This document shows, piece by piece, positions 18,768 through 27,417 of a stretch of DNA of 32,000 nucleotides (position 1 is the first letter of the stretch; every line of letters starts with the position of its first letter). The notes beneath the pieces are model-generated. The model had not been told where the DNA came from. It worked only from the letters and a program-made list of their open reading frames with translations, and did not search any database. The stretch is from Cylindrospermopsis curvispora GIHE-G1 (GTDB lineage Bacteria; Cyanobacteriota; Cyanobacteriia; Cyanobacteriales; Nostocaceae): positions 598,311-630,310 of the forward strand of contig NZ_CP060822.1 of NCBI RefSeq assembly GCF_014489415.1, in the 5' to 3' direction. A program made the position numbers and the translations under genes.

Positions 18768-19616
18768 TCACGGGATAGCGTTTCTCAATTGTTTAAGGGT
18801 ACGACCAATACCAACGAAACTTGCGTCTTGAGACAGACGTTTGAGAGTAGGTGGTTTACTTTCGATGACAATACCGTTGTAAGCAGTAATGGCAGCACTG
18901 AGCTTGTCAATGTTGACGCTAAATGCCGCACCCGCTTGTGCAACTGTATTATTACCTTTCCAATCCTTAGTGCTAACTAACATAGCACCGGGTGAAGATG
19001 CAGTAGAAGGTGAGAATAAACCATTCAGGGCATTAACAAGTGCGATCGCGAGCTGGGAACTAATACCCGCCGATGTTAAAGCTGCTGTTATTCTCGCAGC
19101 AGCTTCCGTTACCCCTGGTCGTGCAAGCACGAGGGTGACCAAGTCAGTAGTATTAGCGCTTGTGCCAAGCACTTGAACTATATTGGGAACTAGCTGGTTT
19201 AGGGCTGATTGAACTTCTTGTGTAACCGCTAGGGTTGCACTTTGCCCCTGTCTGGTTACAATTATGCTCTCTGCATTAGGTATGAAAGTGACACCGCTTC
19301 CACCACTAGAACCTCCTGGAGTTGTTTTCCCGGTTGGTGGTTGTACAGGATCTTCTGGGTTTGGTGGTTCCGGTTGTGGTTGTACAGGATCTTCTGGGTT
19401 TGGTGGTTCCGGTTGTGGTCGTTGTACAGGATCTTCTGGGTTTGGTGGTTCCGGTTGTGGTTGTACAGGATCTTGTGGAATTGATGGTGGTGAAGGCAAT
19501 ACATTTCCACTAGGACCTCCTGGTGTTGTGCTACCTCCCTCACTGGTCAATTGCAAAGATGCTAATAAGAACGGGACTAGACTTAAGGTAAAAATGAGAC
19601 TTTTGGGTTTTAACAT
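18768..19616 (-). CDS. secreted protein with a Pro-rich tandem repeat and an Ala/Ser/Thr-rich C-terminal domain
   Basis: Signal peptide MLKPKSLIFTLSLVPFLLASLQL, then PQPEPPNPEDPVQ repeats, then a ~180-aa domain I do not recognise. Confidence 0.65.
   Translation of the reverse strand: MLKPKSLIFTLSLVPFLLASLQLTSEGGSTTPGGPSGNVLPSPPSIPQDPVQPQPEPPNPEDPVQRPQPEPPNPEDPVQPQPEPPNPEDPVQPPTGKTTPGGSSGGSGVTFIPNAESIIVTRQGQSATLAVTQEVQSALNQLVPNIVQVLGTSANTTDLVTLVLARPGVTEAAARITAALTSAGISSQLAIALVNALNGLFSPSTASSPGAMLVSTKDWKGNNTVAQAGAAFSVNIDKLSAAITAYNGIVIESKPPTLKRLSQDASFVGIGRTLKQLRNAIP
19339..19478. repeat. 39-bp tandem repeat (one 42-bp unit), about 3.6 copies
   Basis: Units start at 19339, 19378, 19417 (with a +3 nt cgt insertion) and 19459, and are near identical. 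Confidence 0.9.
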
Positions 19617-19650
19617 GATGATTATCTAATAAACTATAGTACCTATGTAA

Positions 19651-20637
19651 TTACTTAGGTAAAAAATTGAACCCATAGCTGACGCTCAAAGAAAGTATGG
19701 TGCCACCAGGGCTATTATTAGTGATATCCGCACCCTGGGCTGTAATTGTTAAAGGTAAGGTAGGTATGGGAACATAGGAAGCACCAAGGTTAAAACCCAC
19801 TCCACTCCAACCGAAACCTACACCCAATTGGGGTTGAACCTGCATACCCACACTGCCAAACACACCTGTGCTAGCAAATTCTTGTCTAAACGGACCACCC
19901 CCAGCACCGAAAGAGACGGAGATAGGCATTTTATTAACTTCATCATCTGGCTGTAATAGGGAGTAACTAGTAACTACACCATAAACTCCAGAAGGGGTAA
20001 CACCATCAGTACCATACTGGGCAAAATAGTTCCAACCTGCAGCTACGGATACCTGGTTGTTACCCTGGGCATAGACAAGACGATGAACTTTCAGGTCAAA
20101 ACTACCATTGGCACCAAATTTTCTAATACTATTGTTGCTGAAGCCCAATTCCAAGGCAGCAAGTTTGTTAGAGTCCCCTATACCAGCGCCAAGGTTAATG
20201 CCGCCATCATACTGGCCATCTCTAAGTTTACCGGGGGTAGTACCTGTTATTCCTATAAACGCATCACCGGTATTAGCACCAAAAGCACTTACACCCGCAA
20301 AAGTAAGTCCGGGGGGATAGGTGGGCTTTTGCACCTCCCGTGGTTTGGTTTTTACCAGAGGTTCAATTAGCAATTCTTGCCGAATTCTTCTTACTTCTTC
20401 CGGACTGATATTCTCAGCTTGTGAAATCTGTGGGGGAACGGATCTGGTTTCGTAGCCATTCTGATTCGTAACACCCTCTTCCGCAAATACAAGATCTGGA
20501 GACAGTACCAAAGTTAAAAGGATACTGGGCAAGGTTAGGGAGATTGCTGAAAAAACTAAACCCCGGTGATTGTAACCTGATGTAAAATAAGGCTGTGTGC
20601 TGTTCAAAATATTACTCCTCACTGGACATTCTACCAT
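19651..20637 (-). CDS. putative outer-membrane beta-barrel protein
   Basis: Signal sequence, then a Gly/aromatic-rich region with alternating hydrophobic residues in short strands (SLSVSYGFNF, VSVAAGWNYF, GVGFGWSGVGFNLGASY). An aromatic residue lies near the C-terminus. Confidence 0.45.
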   Translation of the reverse strand: MVECPVRSNILNSTQPYFTSGYNHRGLVFSAISLTLPSILLTLVLSPDLVFAEEGVTNQNGYETRSVPPQISQAENISPEEVRRIRQELLIEPLVKTKPREVQKPTYPPGLTFAGVSAFGANTGDAFIGITGTTPGKLRDGQYDGGINLGAGIGDSNKLAALELGFSNNSIRKFGANGSFDLKVHRLVYAQGNNQVSVAAGWNYFAQYGTDGVTPSGVYGVVTSYSLLQPDDEVNKMPISVSFGAGGGPFRQEFASTGVFGSVGMQVQPQLGVGFGWSGVGFNLGASYVPIPTLPLTITAQGADITNNSPGGTILSLSVSYGFNFLPK

Positions 20638-20756
20638 AGTAAATGTTTGCCCGGCTATATTTTGTTGCTATAAACTTTTGCCTAGTGTATCATTAAATTA
20701 CCGGTTCATAAAACTCCTAGTTTTCGTATTTTTGTGATGTTGTTATTTACTTGGAG

Positions 20757-22283
20757 TTATGGTTTAGGTGTTGTTTCGGAATTGTTTGCTGCTGGAGAAG
20801 ATTTTTTGGTATAACGGCGTTCAAAAATTTCTGCGGATTTCTGATAGTCCACCAAGGCGGCTGAAAAATTCCCAGTCAGGGTGTATGCTGTAGCACGATT
20901 AATGTAGGCATTAAAATCATCTGGATCGATTATAATCGCTAAGGTTGATACCTTAATAGAAGCAGCGTAGTCCTTTAGATAGTTAAATACATCACTCTGA
21001 ATCGTATAACCATAACTGTTATTAGGGTCTAGACGAATAGCTTGTTTAGAAGATTCCAGTGCTGCTTGGTACTTACCCAGTTTAATGTAAGCCATACCTT
21101 GATGGGCATAAGCTATAGAATAACTGGGATTGAGCCGAATCGCGCGATTAAAATCCTCAAGAGCGGCCTGATCATTTTGTAACCAGATATAAGTCCAACC
21201 ACGATTCAGATAACCATCCAAATAATTTGGATCCAAGGCAATTACCTGGTTAAAGTCCAAAAGGGCTTCTTCGTATCTTCTAAGCCAACTGAGAGCATAT
21301 CCACGCTTGAAATAAGCTTCTGCATATTTGGGGTCAATTTTGATTGCCTGATCAAAATCATCTAGGGACTCTTTATAACTAAACTGGTCTAGCTTAGTAA
21401 TACCTCTGGCATAAAAATCTCGTGCAGATTGAGGAGAGTTTAAGCGCTGCTGTGGCACTTCCCCAGTGGCGGTGGTATTCCTTTGAATTGGTAGCTCTTT
21501 GAGCAAGGGGTTGTTGAAGTTCAAAAAAGTATTAATGGGAATGCCAGCATTAAATCCCGTTTTCTGTGATACTATTTCTCCCGTTTCTGTTTTACTCTTA
21601 TTCGAGGTGTCTGCTAACCCGTGAATTCCCACCACCCTACCCTTAATATCAAAAACTGGGCCCCCGCTATTACCGGTCAGAGTTATAGCATCGTAAATTA
21701 AACTATAACCATTGATAGAAGTTCTACCGCGAGAAAGAACGATCCCTTTAGTAAAACTGAAGTCCCGAGCTGACCCAATTTTAGTGAACACAGCTGGAAA
21801 TCCGCCCACAAATACATCGGATGCTTCTGTCATTTGGTCAGAATCACCTAAATTGGCTGTGGCATATTCCTGTGTAGCTACAAAGCTAACTAGGGCTAAA
21901 TCAGGATCATTTTTGGTTGACTGTAGGACTATAATGTCTTGTGATTTAATAGGGTATTCTTTGCCATCATTTGTTCTTACAGAATACGCAATGTCTTTAG
22001 CGCAGACGATTTTTCCAGGTCTGTCTATAATATCACAGACCACGTGATTGGCGGTTAGTACAGAATAACGATTACCTTGTTTGGCAATAATTACTCCTGA
22101 ACCACCAGGAGTAACGTCACCCTCCGTATTAATTTGTACAGATGTCTTCTTGGCAATTTGTGCTATATCTTGGATACTGATAGTATCAGCAGCTATTGAA
22201 GTAGTAGATAAAACAGCTGTTACAGCAGTTATAAGAGTTGTTGCTAGTAAGGAGTTATTTGTTATTCCAAGTTTAAAATTCAT
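20757..22283 (-). CDS. secreted trypsin-like (S1, Trypsin_2-type) serine protease fused to C-terminal TPR repeats
   Basis: Triad contexts TANHVV, DLALVSF and GNSGGPVFD. These are followed by about six TPR units (AEAYFKRGYAL, LDGYLNRGWTY, SIAYAHQGMAY ...). Confidence 0.8.
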   Translation of the reverse strand: MNFKLGITNNSLLATTLITAVTAVLSTTSIAADTISIQDIAQIAKKTSVQINTEGDVTPGGSGVIIAKQGNRYSVLTANHVVCDIIDRPGKIVCAKDIAYSVRTNDGKEYPIKSQDIIVLQSTKNDPDLALVSFVATQEYATANLGDSDQMTEASDVFVGGFPAVFTKIGSARDFSFTKGIVLSRGRTSINGYSLIYDAITLTGNSGGPVFDIKGRVVGIHGLADTSNKSKTETGEIVSQKTGFNAGIPINTFLNFNNPLLKELPIQRNTTATGEVPQQRLNSPQSARDFYARGITKLDQFSYKESLDDFDQAIKIDPKYAEAYFKRGYALSWLRRYEEALLDFNQVIALDPNYLDGYLNRGWTYIWLQNDQAALEDFNRAIRLNPSYSIAYAHQGMAYIKLGKYQAALESSKQAIRLDPNNSYGYTIQSDVFNYLKDYAASIKVSTLAIIIDPDDFNAYINRATAYTLTGNFSAALVDYQKSAEIFERRYTKKSSPAANNSETTPKP

Positions 22284-23095
22284 TTTTTCTGTTCTTGAAT
22301 AAAATTAACCACAGTAGCAATGGGGATAGCCCAACTTAAGGACTCGATTCTACGGTAATCTGCTTTGTTGGGTTTAGTTCCATCAGTAAAAATAAAGGCA
22401 TTAATACCTTGAAAGGGATACTTTAATAACCCACTGATACCAACAAGTTCCCCCCGTTGATTTAAAACGGGCCCTCCACTCATACCCTGAGTAAAATCAT
22501 TGGTGAAACCCACCTTATAACCACCAACTAGGGTTTTGCCGAGATACATCTTGATTTTACCCGCTTGTAGCTTGAAAGCGCCCAGTCCCCAATCCCGGGT
22601 TGTTTCTACTTTGGTGATAGTATCACCATTAAAAACAAAATGCCAAGCTGGAAACCCAGATACATACACCACTTCCCCCTCAGATATATTTGGTGACTGG
22701 GAAAACTGCACAGATTGATAGTTTTCCCCACTGGTAAATTCCACCAGTGCTAGGTCTAAAGAATGAGGATTGACTGTTGGTACTTGCTGTGCCTTGTAAA
22801 TCTTACCATCAGGTGTTAAAACTTCATAACCACTCTCAGGACTATCCACTACCACGTGATCATTAGTCAAAACCCTGTAGTTTTGTCCTTTACGGTCGAT
22901 AATCACTCCTGACCCAGATCCAGATTTAGTAAAAATTCTTACTGTTACTTTACTGGCAGTCCTGGCAGCGGCAAATTCAAATCCGGGATGGGGTGTGGAA
23001 GCTAGGAAGTTGGGTACAGTATGAGGATACACAATGGGGGAAAAAATTGTTGCCAGTAATGCCACAGAAAATCTAAAAGATATGGGGTAAAACAC
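22280..23095 (-). CDS. secreted trypsin-like serine protease
   Basis: Triad contexts TNDHVV, DLALVEF and GMSGGPVLN. The start is a GTG at 23095. The stop overlaps the next gene's start in ATGA (22280-22283). Confidence 0.72.
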   Translation of the reverse strand: MFYPISFRFSVALLATIFSPIVYPHTVPNFLASTPHPGFEFAAARTASKVTVRIFTKSGSGSGVIIDRKGQNYRVLTNDHVVVDSPESGYEVLTPDGKIYKAQQVPTVNPHSLDLALVEFTSGENYQSVQFSQSPNISEGEVVYVSGFPAWHFVFNGDTITKVETTRDWGLGAFKLQAGKIKMYLGKTLVGGYKVGFTNDFTQGMSGGPVLNQRGELVGISGLLKYPFQGINAFIFTDGTKPNKADYRRIESLSWAIPIATVVNFIQEQKK

Positions 23096-23149
23096 AGCGA
23101 TTCACTCAAAAAAGGAGCAGTTGATTGATTCTTGTCATTCGGGTAGAAT

Positions 23150-23767
23150 TTACAGTTTGAACCTCCGATCAGAGTTTGCTGGTGGTCTTATTTGGTCGGA
23201 ATCCTGGGGTTTTAGGTCATTTTGGTCGAGAACCTCACTTAATTCAAGTCGCAGACGACTGCTTGTTTCTCGGACAACACCTGCGCTGGAACCTTGTTTA
23301 CTAATTCCCGTCAGTTGCGCCAGAATCTCATTGGCTTTCTGAGCATTTTCTGGTTTAAGAGTAAACAAGAAATTCTGCGCATTACAACCTATTCTACTTG
23401 TTATAGAAGCTATACAAATAACCGTTTCATTGTTAACACGACCTTTAATTAGAGCTACATTTTTCAGACGACCACCATTTTGTTTCACAGCTCGATTAAA
23501 TTTAGGAGTTACCATTTGACAACGGTTTTGAGGAGTATAGTTATCTCCAAAATATTTAGAACCCGCGTCTGTCCAAGTAATTACGGTAATTGGACTACCA
23601 CCGGGACGCTGGCCAACCGTAGCCCAATTGCCATTGCCTTGGGAAACACATGTAAACTTGGTGCCATTGTAACTTTCAGTAGGGGGCTTAGCTTGTACCC
23701 CAGACTGAATCAAAGTTCCTGCTAGGGCTAAATTAGCAACTAGAACTGTCGTGGATAGTTTCATCAT
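23150..23767 (-). CDS. COP23-like secreted protein, paralog 1
   Basis: Signal peptide followed by a core I recognise as the COP23 (circadian oscillating polypeptide) family: YNGTKFTC...WATVGQRPGG..I..W......FG....P..RC..VT..FN.....GG.L.......G.....VIC........C....LFTLKPENA. The core has four conserved Cys. Confidence 0.7.
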   Translation of the reverse strand: MMKLSTTVLVANLALAGTLIQSGVQAKPPTESYNGTKFTCVSQGNGNWATVGQRPGGSPITVITWTDAGSKYFGDNYTPQNRCQMVTPKFNRAVKQNGGRLKNVALIKGRVNNETVICIASITSRIGCNAQNFLFTLKPENAQKANEILAQLTGISKQGSSAGVVRETSSRLRLELSEVLDQNDLKPQDSDQIRPPANSDRRFKL

Positions 23768-23797
23768 GCACCATTCCTTTTTCCCATTATAATTACT

Positions 23798-24493
23798 TTA
23801 CAAACCAGGTTGATTACGTCGGTTATTTTGAACTTTTGGCCTTTTAACAGGTGAAGAAGATGAGCGTCGAGCTGCTAGCACATCACTCAGTTTGACTGTA
23901 ACCCGTTGGCGACTACTTCTTGTTTCGGTAATCACACCTCCTTCCGATCCCTTCTTGCTAATCTCCAGGAGTTGAGATAAAACCTTATCAGGGTTTTTGG
24001 CATTTTCCGGTTTCAGGGTAAATAGGGTATTTTTATCTTGACAACCATTATCTCGGTCGGAAATTACACAAATAACAACCTGACCATTAACATTGCCACT
24101 GGTTAATAAAACATCTTGAAGCCTACCACCACTCTCTTGTACTGCTGTGTTGAACTTGCGGGTGACAATTTGGCACCGGTTTTCGGGGGCAAATTGGCTA
24201 CCAAAATATTTGGAAGCTGATTGAGTCCAAATAATCACAGGTATTGGTTGGCCACCAGGGCGCTGACCAACGGTAGCCCACTTGCCATTACCCTGGGATA
24301 CACAGGCAAATTTCGTCCCATTATAGCTTTCATCACCAGTCGGTTCTGAGTCTGATGGGTTGTCGGATGCAGGAATAGTGGGGGGGTTAGGGGGGTTATC
24401 TCCACTTTCCACTGGCACAGCTCTCACCATGCTAGGATGCCAACCGGCTGATACAGCTATAAGAGTAGCTAAAACTGTTGCTGAAAATTTCAT
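23798..24493 (-). CDS. COP23-like secreted protein, paralog 2
   Basis: Same core as paralog 1, with an added Pro/Asp/Ser-rich linker after the signal peptide. Confidence 0.7.
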   Translation of the reverse strand: MKFSATVLATLIAVSAGWHPSMVRAVPVESGDNPPNPPTIPASDNPSDSEPTGDESYNGTKFACVSQGNGKWATVGQRPGGQPIPVIIWTQSASKYFGSQFAPENRCQIVTRKFNTAVQESGGRLQDVLLTSGNVNGQVVICVISDRDNGCQDKNTLFTLKPENAKNPDKVLSQLLEISKKGSEGGVITETRSSRQRVTVKLSDVLAARRSSSSPVKRPKVQNNRRNQPGL

Positions 24494-24543
24494 ATATCCT
24501 GTTATTTTTTACCAAAGAAGTGTGAAAAGTTCTGAGTTTTCCA

Positions 24544-25200
24544 TCACAGGCCACCTGTAGTGGGTCTGGGAGTTTTGCGGGTTCTGGGTGTTTGTTGAGG
24601 CAAGCGCTTGGCTGCTTTGGAGATAACTTCACCTAGGTTTACTGTGGCACGAGAACGACCTCTTGTTTCAGTAATAACCCCTGCACTGGAACCTCTAATA
24701 CTAATTTGAGTCAGGGTTTCTAAAACCCTATTAGGGTCTTTGGCATTTTCGGGTTTCAGGGCAAACAGGGTATTGTTACCATCACAACCTCCTGTGTCCT
24801 TTAAAGAAAGTGCGCAAATAACAGTTTTGTCACCGACTTCTCCCCAGGTTAAAACTACGTCGTAAAGATTGCCAGCGCTATCTTCTACGGCTTGGTTGAG
24901 ATTGGCTGTGACGATTTCACAACGGCTCTTGGGATTATAATTTTCGCCAAAGGACTGTGCTCCTTTTTTTGTCCACACAATTATGGGAATTGGTCTACCA
25001 GCAGGGCGCTGTCCCACTGTGGCCCAGTTACTACCTTGAGCTACACAAGCAAATCTCGTCCCATTGTATTGACTGGGATCGCTCGGATCAAAGAATGCGT
25101 CATCAGATGATTGGGCTTTTAATTGACCATGTCCTAAACCCAAAATGCTTGATAGGGCTAGGGTAGCCACTAAAAATTTTGCTGAGAATTTGCTACTCAT
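24544..25200 (-). CDS. COP23-like secreted protein, paralog 3
   Basis: The start at MSSKFSAKF (ATG at 25200) is preceded by AAGGAGG. The ORF-track extension to 25275 runs through an intergenic hairpin. Confidence 0.72.
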   Translation of the reverse strand: MSSKFSAKFLVATLALSSILGLGHGQLKAQSSDDAFFDPSDPSQYNGTRFACVAQGSNWATVGQRPAGRPIPIIVWTKKGAQSFGENYNPKSRCEIVTANLNQAVEDSAGNLYDVVLTWGEVGDKTVICALSLKDTGGCDGNNTLFALKPENAKDPNRVLETLTQISIRGSSAGVITETRGRSRATVNLGEVISKAAKRLPQQTPRTRKTPRPTTGGL

Positions 25201-25241
25201 AATATCTCCATACCTCCTTATTTTTATTTTTTGCCGATGGC

Positions 25242-25268
25242 GCGTGGAAAGTTTTGGCTGTTCCACGC
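25242..25268 (-). other. intergenic stem-loop between COP23 paralogs 4 and 3
   Basis: Perfect 8-bp stem gcgtggaa/ttccacgc with an 11-nt loop. No U-tract follows on the transcribed strand. Confidence 0.4.
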
Positions 25269-25298
25269 CTTCCACACTTTTGCAATAGTTGCCAGTCC

Positions 25299-25958
25299 TT
25301 AAACAGAGCCTTTAGTTGATCTGGGAGTTTTGCGGGTCTTGGGTGTTTCTCGGGGCAAGCGTTTGGCCGCTTGCGATACAACCCTACCTAAGTTTACACT
25401 TAACCGACCTCTTGTTTTAGTTTCAGTAACAACCCCTGCACTAGAGCCTTTAATACTAATTTGAGTCAGGGTTTCTAAAACCTTATTAGGATCCTTGGCA
25501 TTTTCCGGTTTCAGCGCAAACAGAGTATTGCTACCATCACAACCTCCTTCGTCTTTTAAAGAAAGTGCGCAAATAACAGTTTTGCCATCATCAAGTTTAC
25601 CCCAGGTTAGGACTACGTCATAAAGATCACCAGCGCTGTCTTCCACTGCTTGGTTAAGATTGGCTGTGACGATTTCACAACGGCTCTTGGGATTATAATT
25701 TTCGCCAAAGGACTGTGCTCCTTTTTTTGTCCACACAATTATGGGAATTGGTTTACCGCCAGGGCGCTGTCCCACTGTGGCCCAGTTACTACCTTGGGCC
25801 ACACAGGTAAATTTAGTCCCATTGTATTGACTGCGATCGCTCGGATCAAAAAATTCATCATCTGATGATTGGGCTCTTAATTGACCATGTCCTAAACCCA
25901 AAATGCCTGATATAGCTAGGGTTGCTGCTAAAAACGCGGCTGAGAATTTGCTGTTCAT
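25299..25958 (-). CDS. COP23-like secreted protein, paralog 4
   Basis: Very similar to paralogs 3 and 5 at both protein and DNA level. Confidence 0.72.
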   Translation of the reverse strand: MNSKFSAAFLAATLAISGILGLGHGQLRAQSSDDEFFDPSDRSQYNGTKFTCVAQGSNWATVGQRPGGKPIPIIVWTKKGAQSFGENYNPKSRCEIVTANLNQAVEDSAGDLYDVVLTWGKLDDGKTVICALSLKDEGGCDGSNTLFALKPENAKDPNKVLETLTQISIKGSSAGVVTETKTRGRLSVNLGRVVSQAAKRLPRETPKTRKTPRSTKGSV

Positions 25959-26013
25959 AATGTCCCCTTGATCTAGTGTTGGTTTTAATGGTGAGATCTT
26001 GCTGGAGCAAAAT

Positions 26014-27237
26014 CTACAGGTTACCTGGTTTGGTGGGACGGGGGCCAGTTCTTAAAGCTCTGAGTGTGCCGGTAGTAGGATTGTACTCATAGGCCTTAGC
26101 GGTTAAGTCTGGGTGGGGACTGACACAATATTGTCTATCACCTATAAAGATGCCAATTACTGGAGTAGAGCTGCAGGAAACAGCTGTTAATTGCCATTTT
26201 CTTAACAGGGCTAAATTCGGGTCGTTGGATGATACTGGTTTCCTGTTCCCTGTAATTTGGATTCCATCTATTTCTACTTCACCTAAAATCCCTGAGTCGT
26301 CAATAGTATTGCCCAGTGCGGAAATGGCAACACCGGTTGTGGCGGCATTATAAATGTTGTAACGACCATTGTTGACGATAACATTGCCACCTGGATTACT
26401 CCGGGTGCCTAGATCGGGGGAAGAATTAAGAGTGATGACTATGCCATCCCGTTCGTTATTCTGAACCACATTGCCGCGTAACAAGGGTTGAGCTGAATCG
26501 GTGATCACTATTCCGTCTCTATTATTAGTGATTTGATTTTTGGTCAAGACTGGTGTGGAATCGTCATTAATGCTTAATCCAAAGCCACTCTTCTCAAATA
26601 CATTATTGCTGATTTTCCCCTTGCTGGATTTAGTTATGGAAATACCGTTGCCATTGTTTGCCGTAAATTGGTTGTTCTCAACGGTAGGATCCCCACCAGC
26701 TGTGACAAATATCCCCTCTCGCAAACTCTGAGCAAATGTGCTATTTTTAATAACTGGGTTAGTGGACTCTACCCATACACCTGTTCCTCTGGGATTTCTA
26801 TTAGTCACGGTTACACCGGCAATTGTGCTGTCTTGTTCTGCCAGAATTGTCACATTTTGTTTGGCAAAACTACGACTGTTGTAGTCACCACCACCGGAAA
26901 TAACTACGGTCTTTCCTTTAGTAGATTCATCACCACGCAAGGTGACCCCCTGTTTAATTGTGAGGGGGAAGGACTCATTACTGTAACTACCTGGAGCTAA
27001 CTGAATTATGGTTCCCGGTTGGGCTTGCTCTAAGGCAAAGGTAATAGTTTTGTAGGGTTTTGCTCCGGAGTTACCAGTGTTTACAACGTTAACGCCATTA
27101 ATGGGATCTACATAGATAACTGGCGCCACTGGAGGCAATTGAGCGCCCACGGGAAGTGTAACTGACAAAGAACCGCAGATGGTCAGGGTTGCCATAACTA
27201 CGGAAGATTTTAGATGTGATTTTGATTTAATGTTCAT
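26014..27237 (-). CDS. secreted right-handed parallel beta-helix protein (DUF1565-like)
   Basis: Signal peptide, then IYVDP..G....GS...PYKTITFALEQAQPGTIIQLAPGSY...FPL.I..GVTLRG. This is followed by repeated NN/GI.I beta-helix rungs (NNGNGISI, NNRDGIVIT, NNERDGIVIT). Confidence 0.75.
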   Translation of the reverse strand: MNIKSKSHLKSSVVMATLTICGSLSVTLPVGAQLPPVAPVIYVDPINGVNVVNTGNSGAKPYKTITFALEQAQPGTIIQLAPGSYSNESFPLTIKQGVTLRGDESTKGKTVVISGGGDYNSRSFAKQNVTILAEQDSTIAGVTVTNRNPRGTGVWVESTNPVIKNSTFAQSLREGIFVTAGGDPTVENNQFTANNGNGISITKSSKGKISNNVFEKSGFGLSINDDSTPVLTKNQITNNRDGIVITDSAQPLLRGNVVQNNERDGIVITLNSSPDLGTRSNPGGNVIVNNGRYNIYNAATTGVAISALGNTIDDSGILGEVEIDGIQITGNRKPVSSNDPNLALLRKWQLTAVSCSSTPVIGIFIGDRQYCVSPHPDLTAKAYEYNPTTGTLRALRTGPRPTKPGNL

Positions 27238-27252
27238 AATGTTCCTAAATGA

Positions 27253-27326
27253 CTCCCTAATTTTGTTGTGTACATCCCAGAGAAAATTGACTAGGGTTTA
27301 ATTGTGAAAGTTCCCGATGCTGATGA
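27253..27326 (-). promoter_or_regulatory. conserved upstream element, copy A (5' of the beta-helix gene)
   Basis: Aligns without internal gaps to 28083-28155 at about 75% identity by my hand count. Exact blocks: taatttt, tacatcc, ctagggtttaa, gctgatga. Confidence 0.35.
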
Positions 27327-27417
27327 CTTATAGTACACTAGTACGGAGTGTGGAGGATTTGGTTTCTAAAGCGGTTCTATAATTTTTACTGCTGGCCATT
27401 TTGTTACCAACTGTGCG

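Noticed and set aside
19242-19629. Four overlapping ORFs (both strands) with repetitive WFRLW / GSSGFGG / HNRNHQTQKILY sequences
   Set aside because: They are frame artefacts of the 39-bp Pro-rich repeat. Only the minus-strand frame connects a signal peptide to a long C-terminal domain.
24432-25381. Small ORFs 24432-24632 and 25193-25381 (-) that resemble each other (…KHPEPAKLPD…)
   Set aside because: They overlap the 3' tails and intergenic regions of the COP23 paralogs in another frame. Their similarity reflects the DNA homology of the paralogs and not a conserved peptide.
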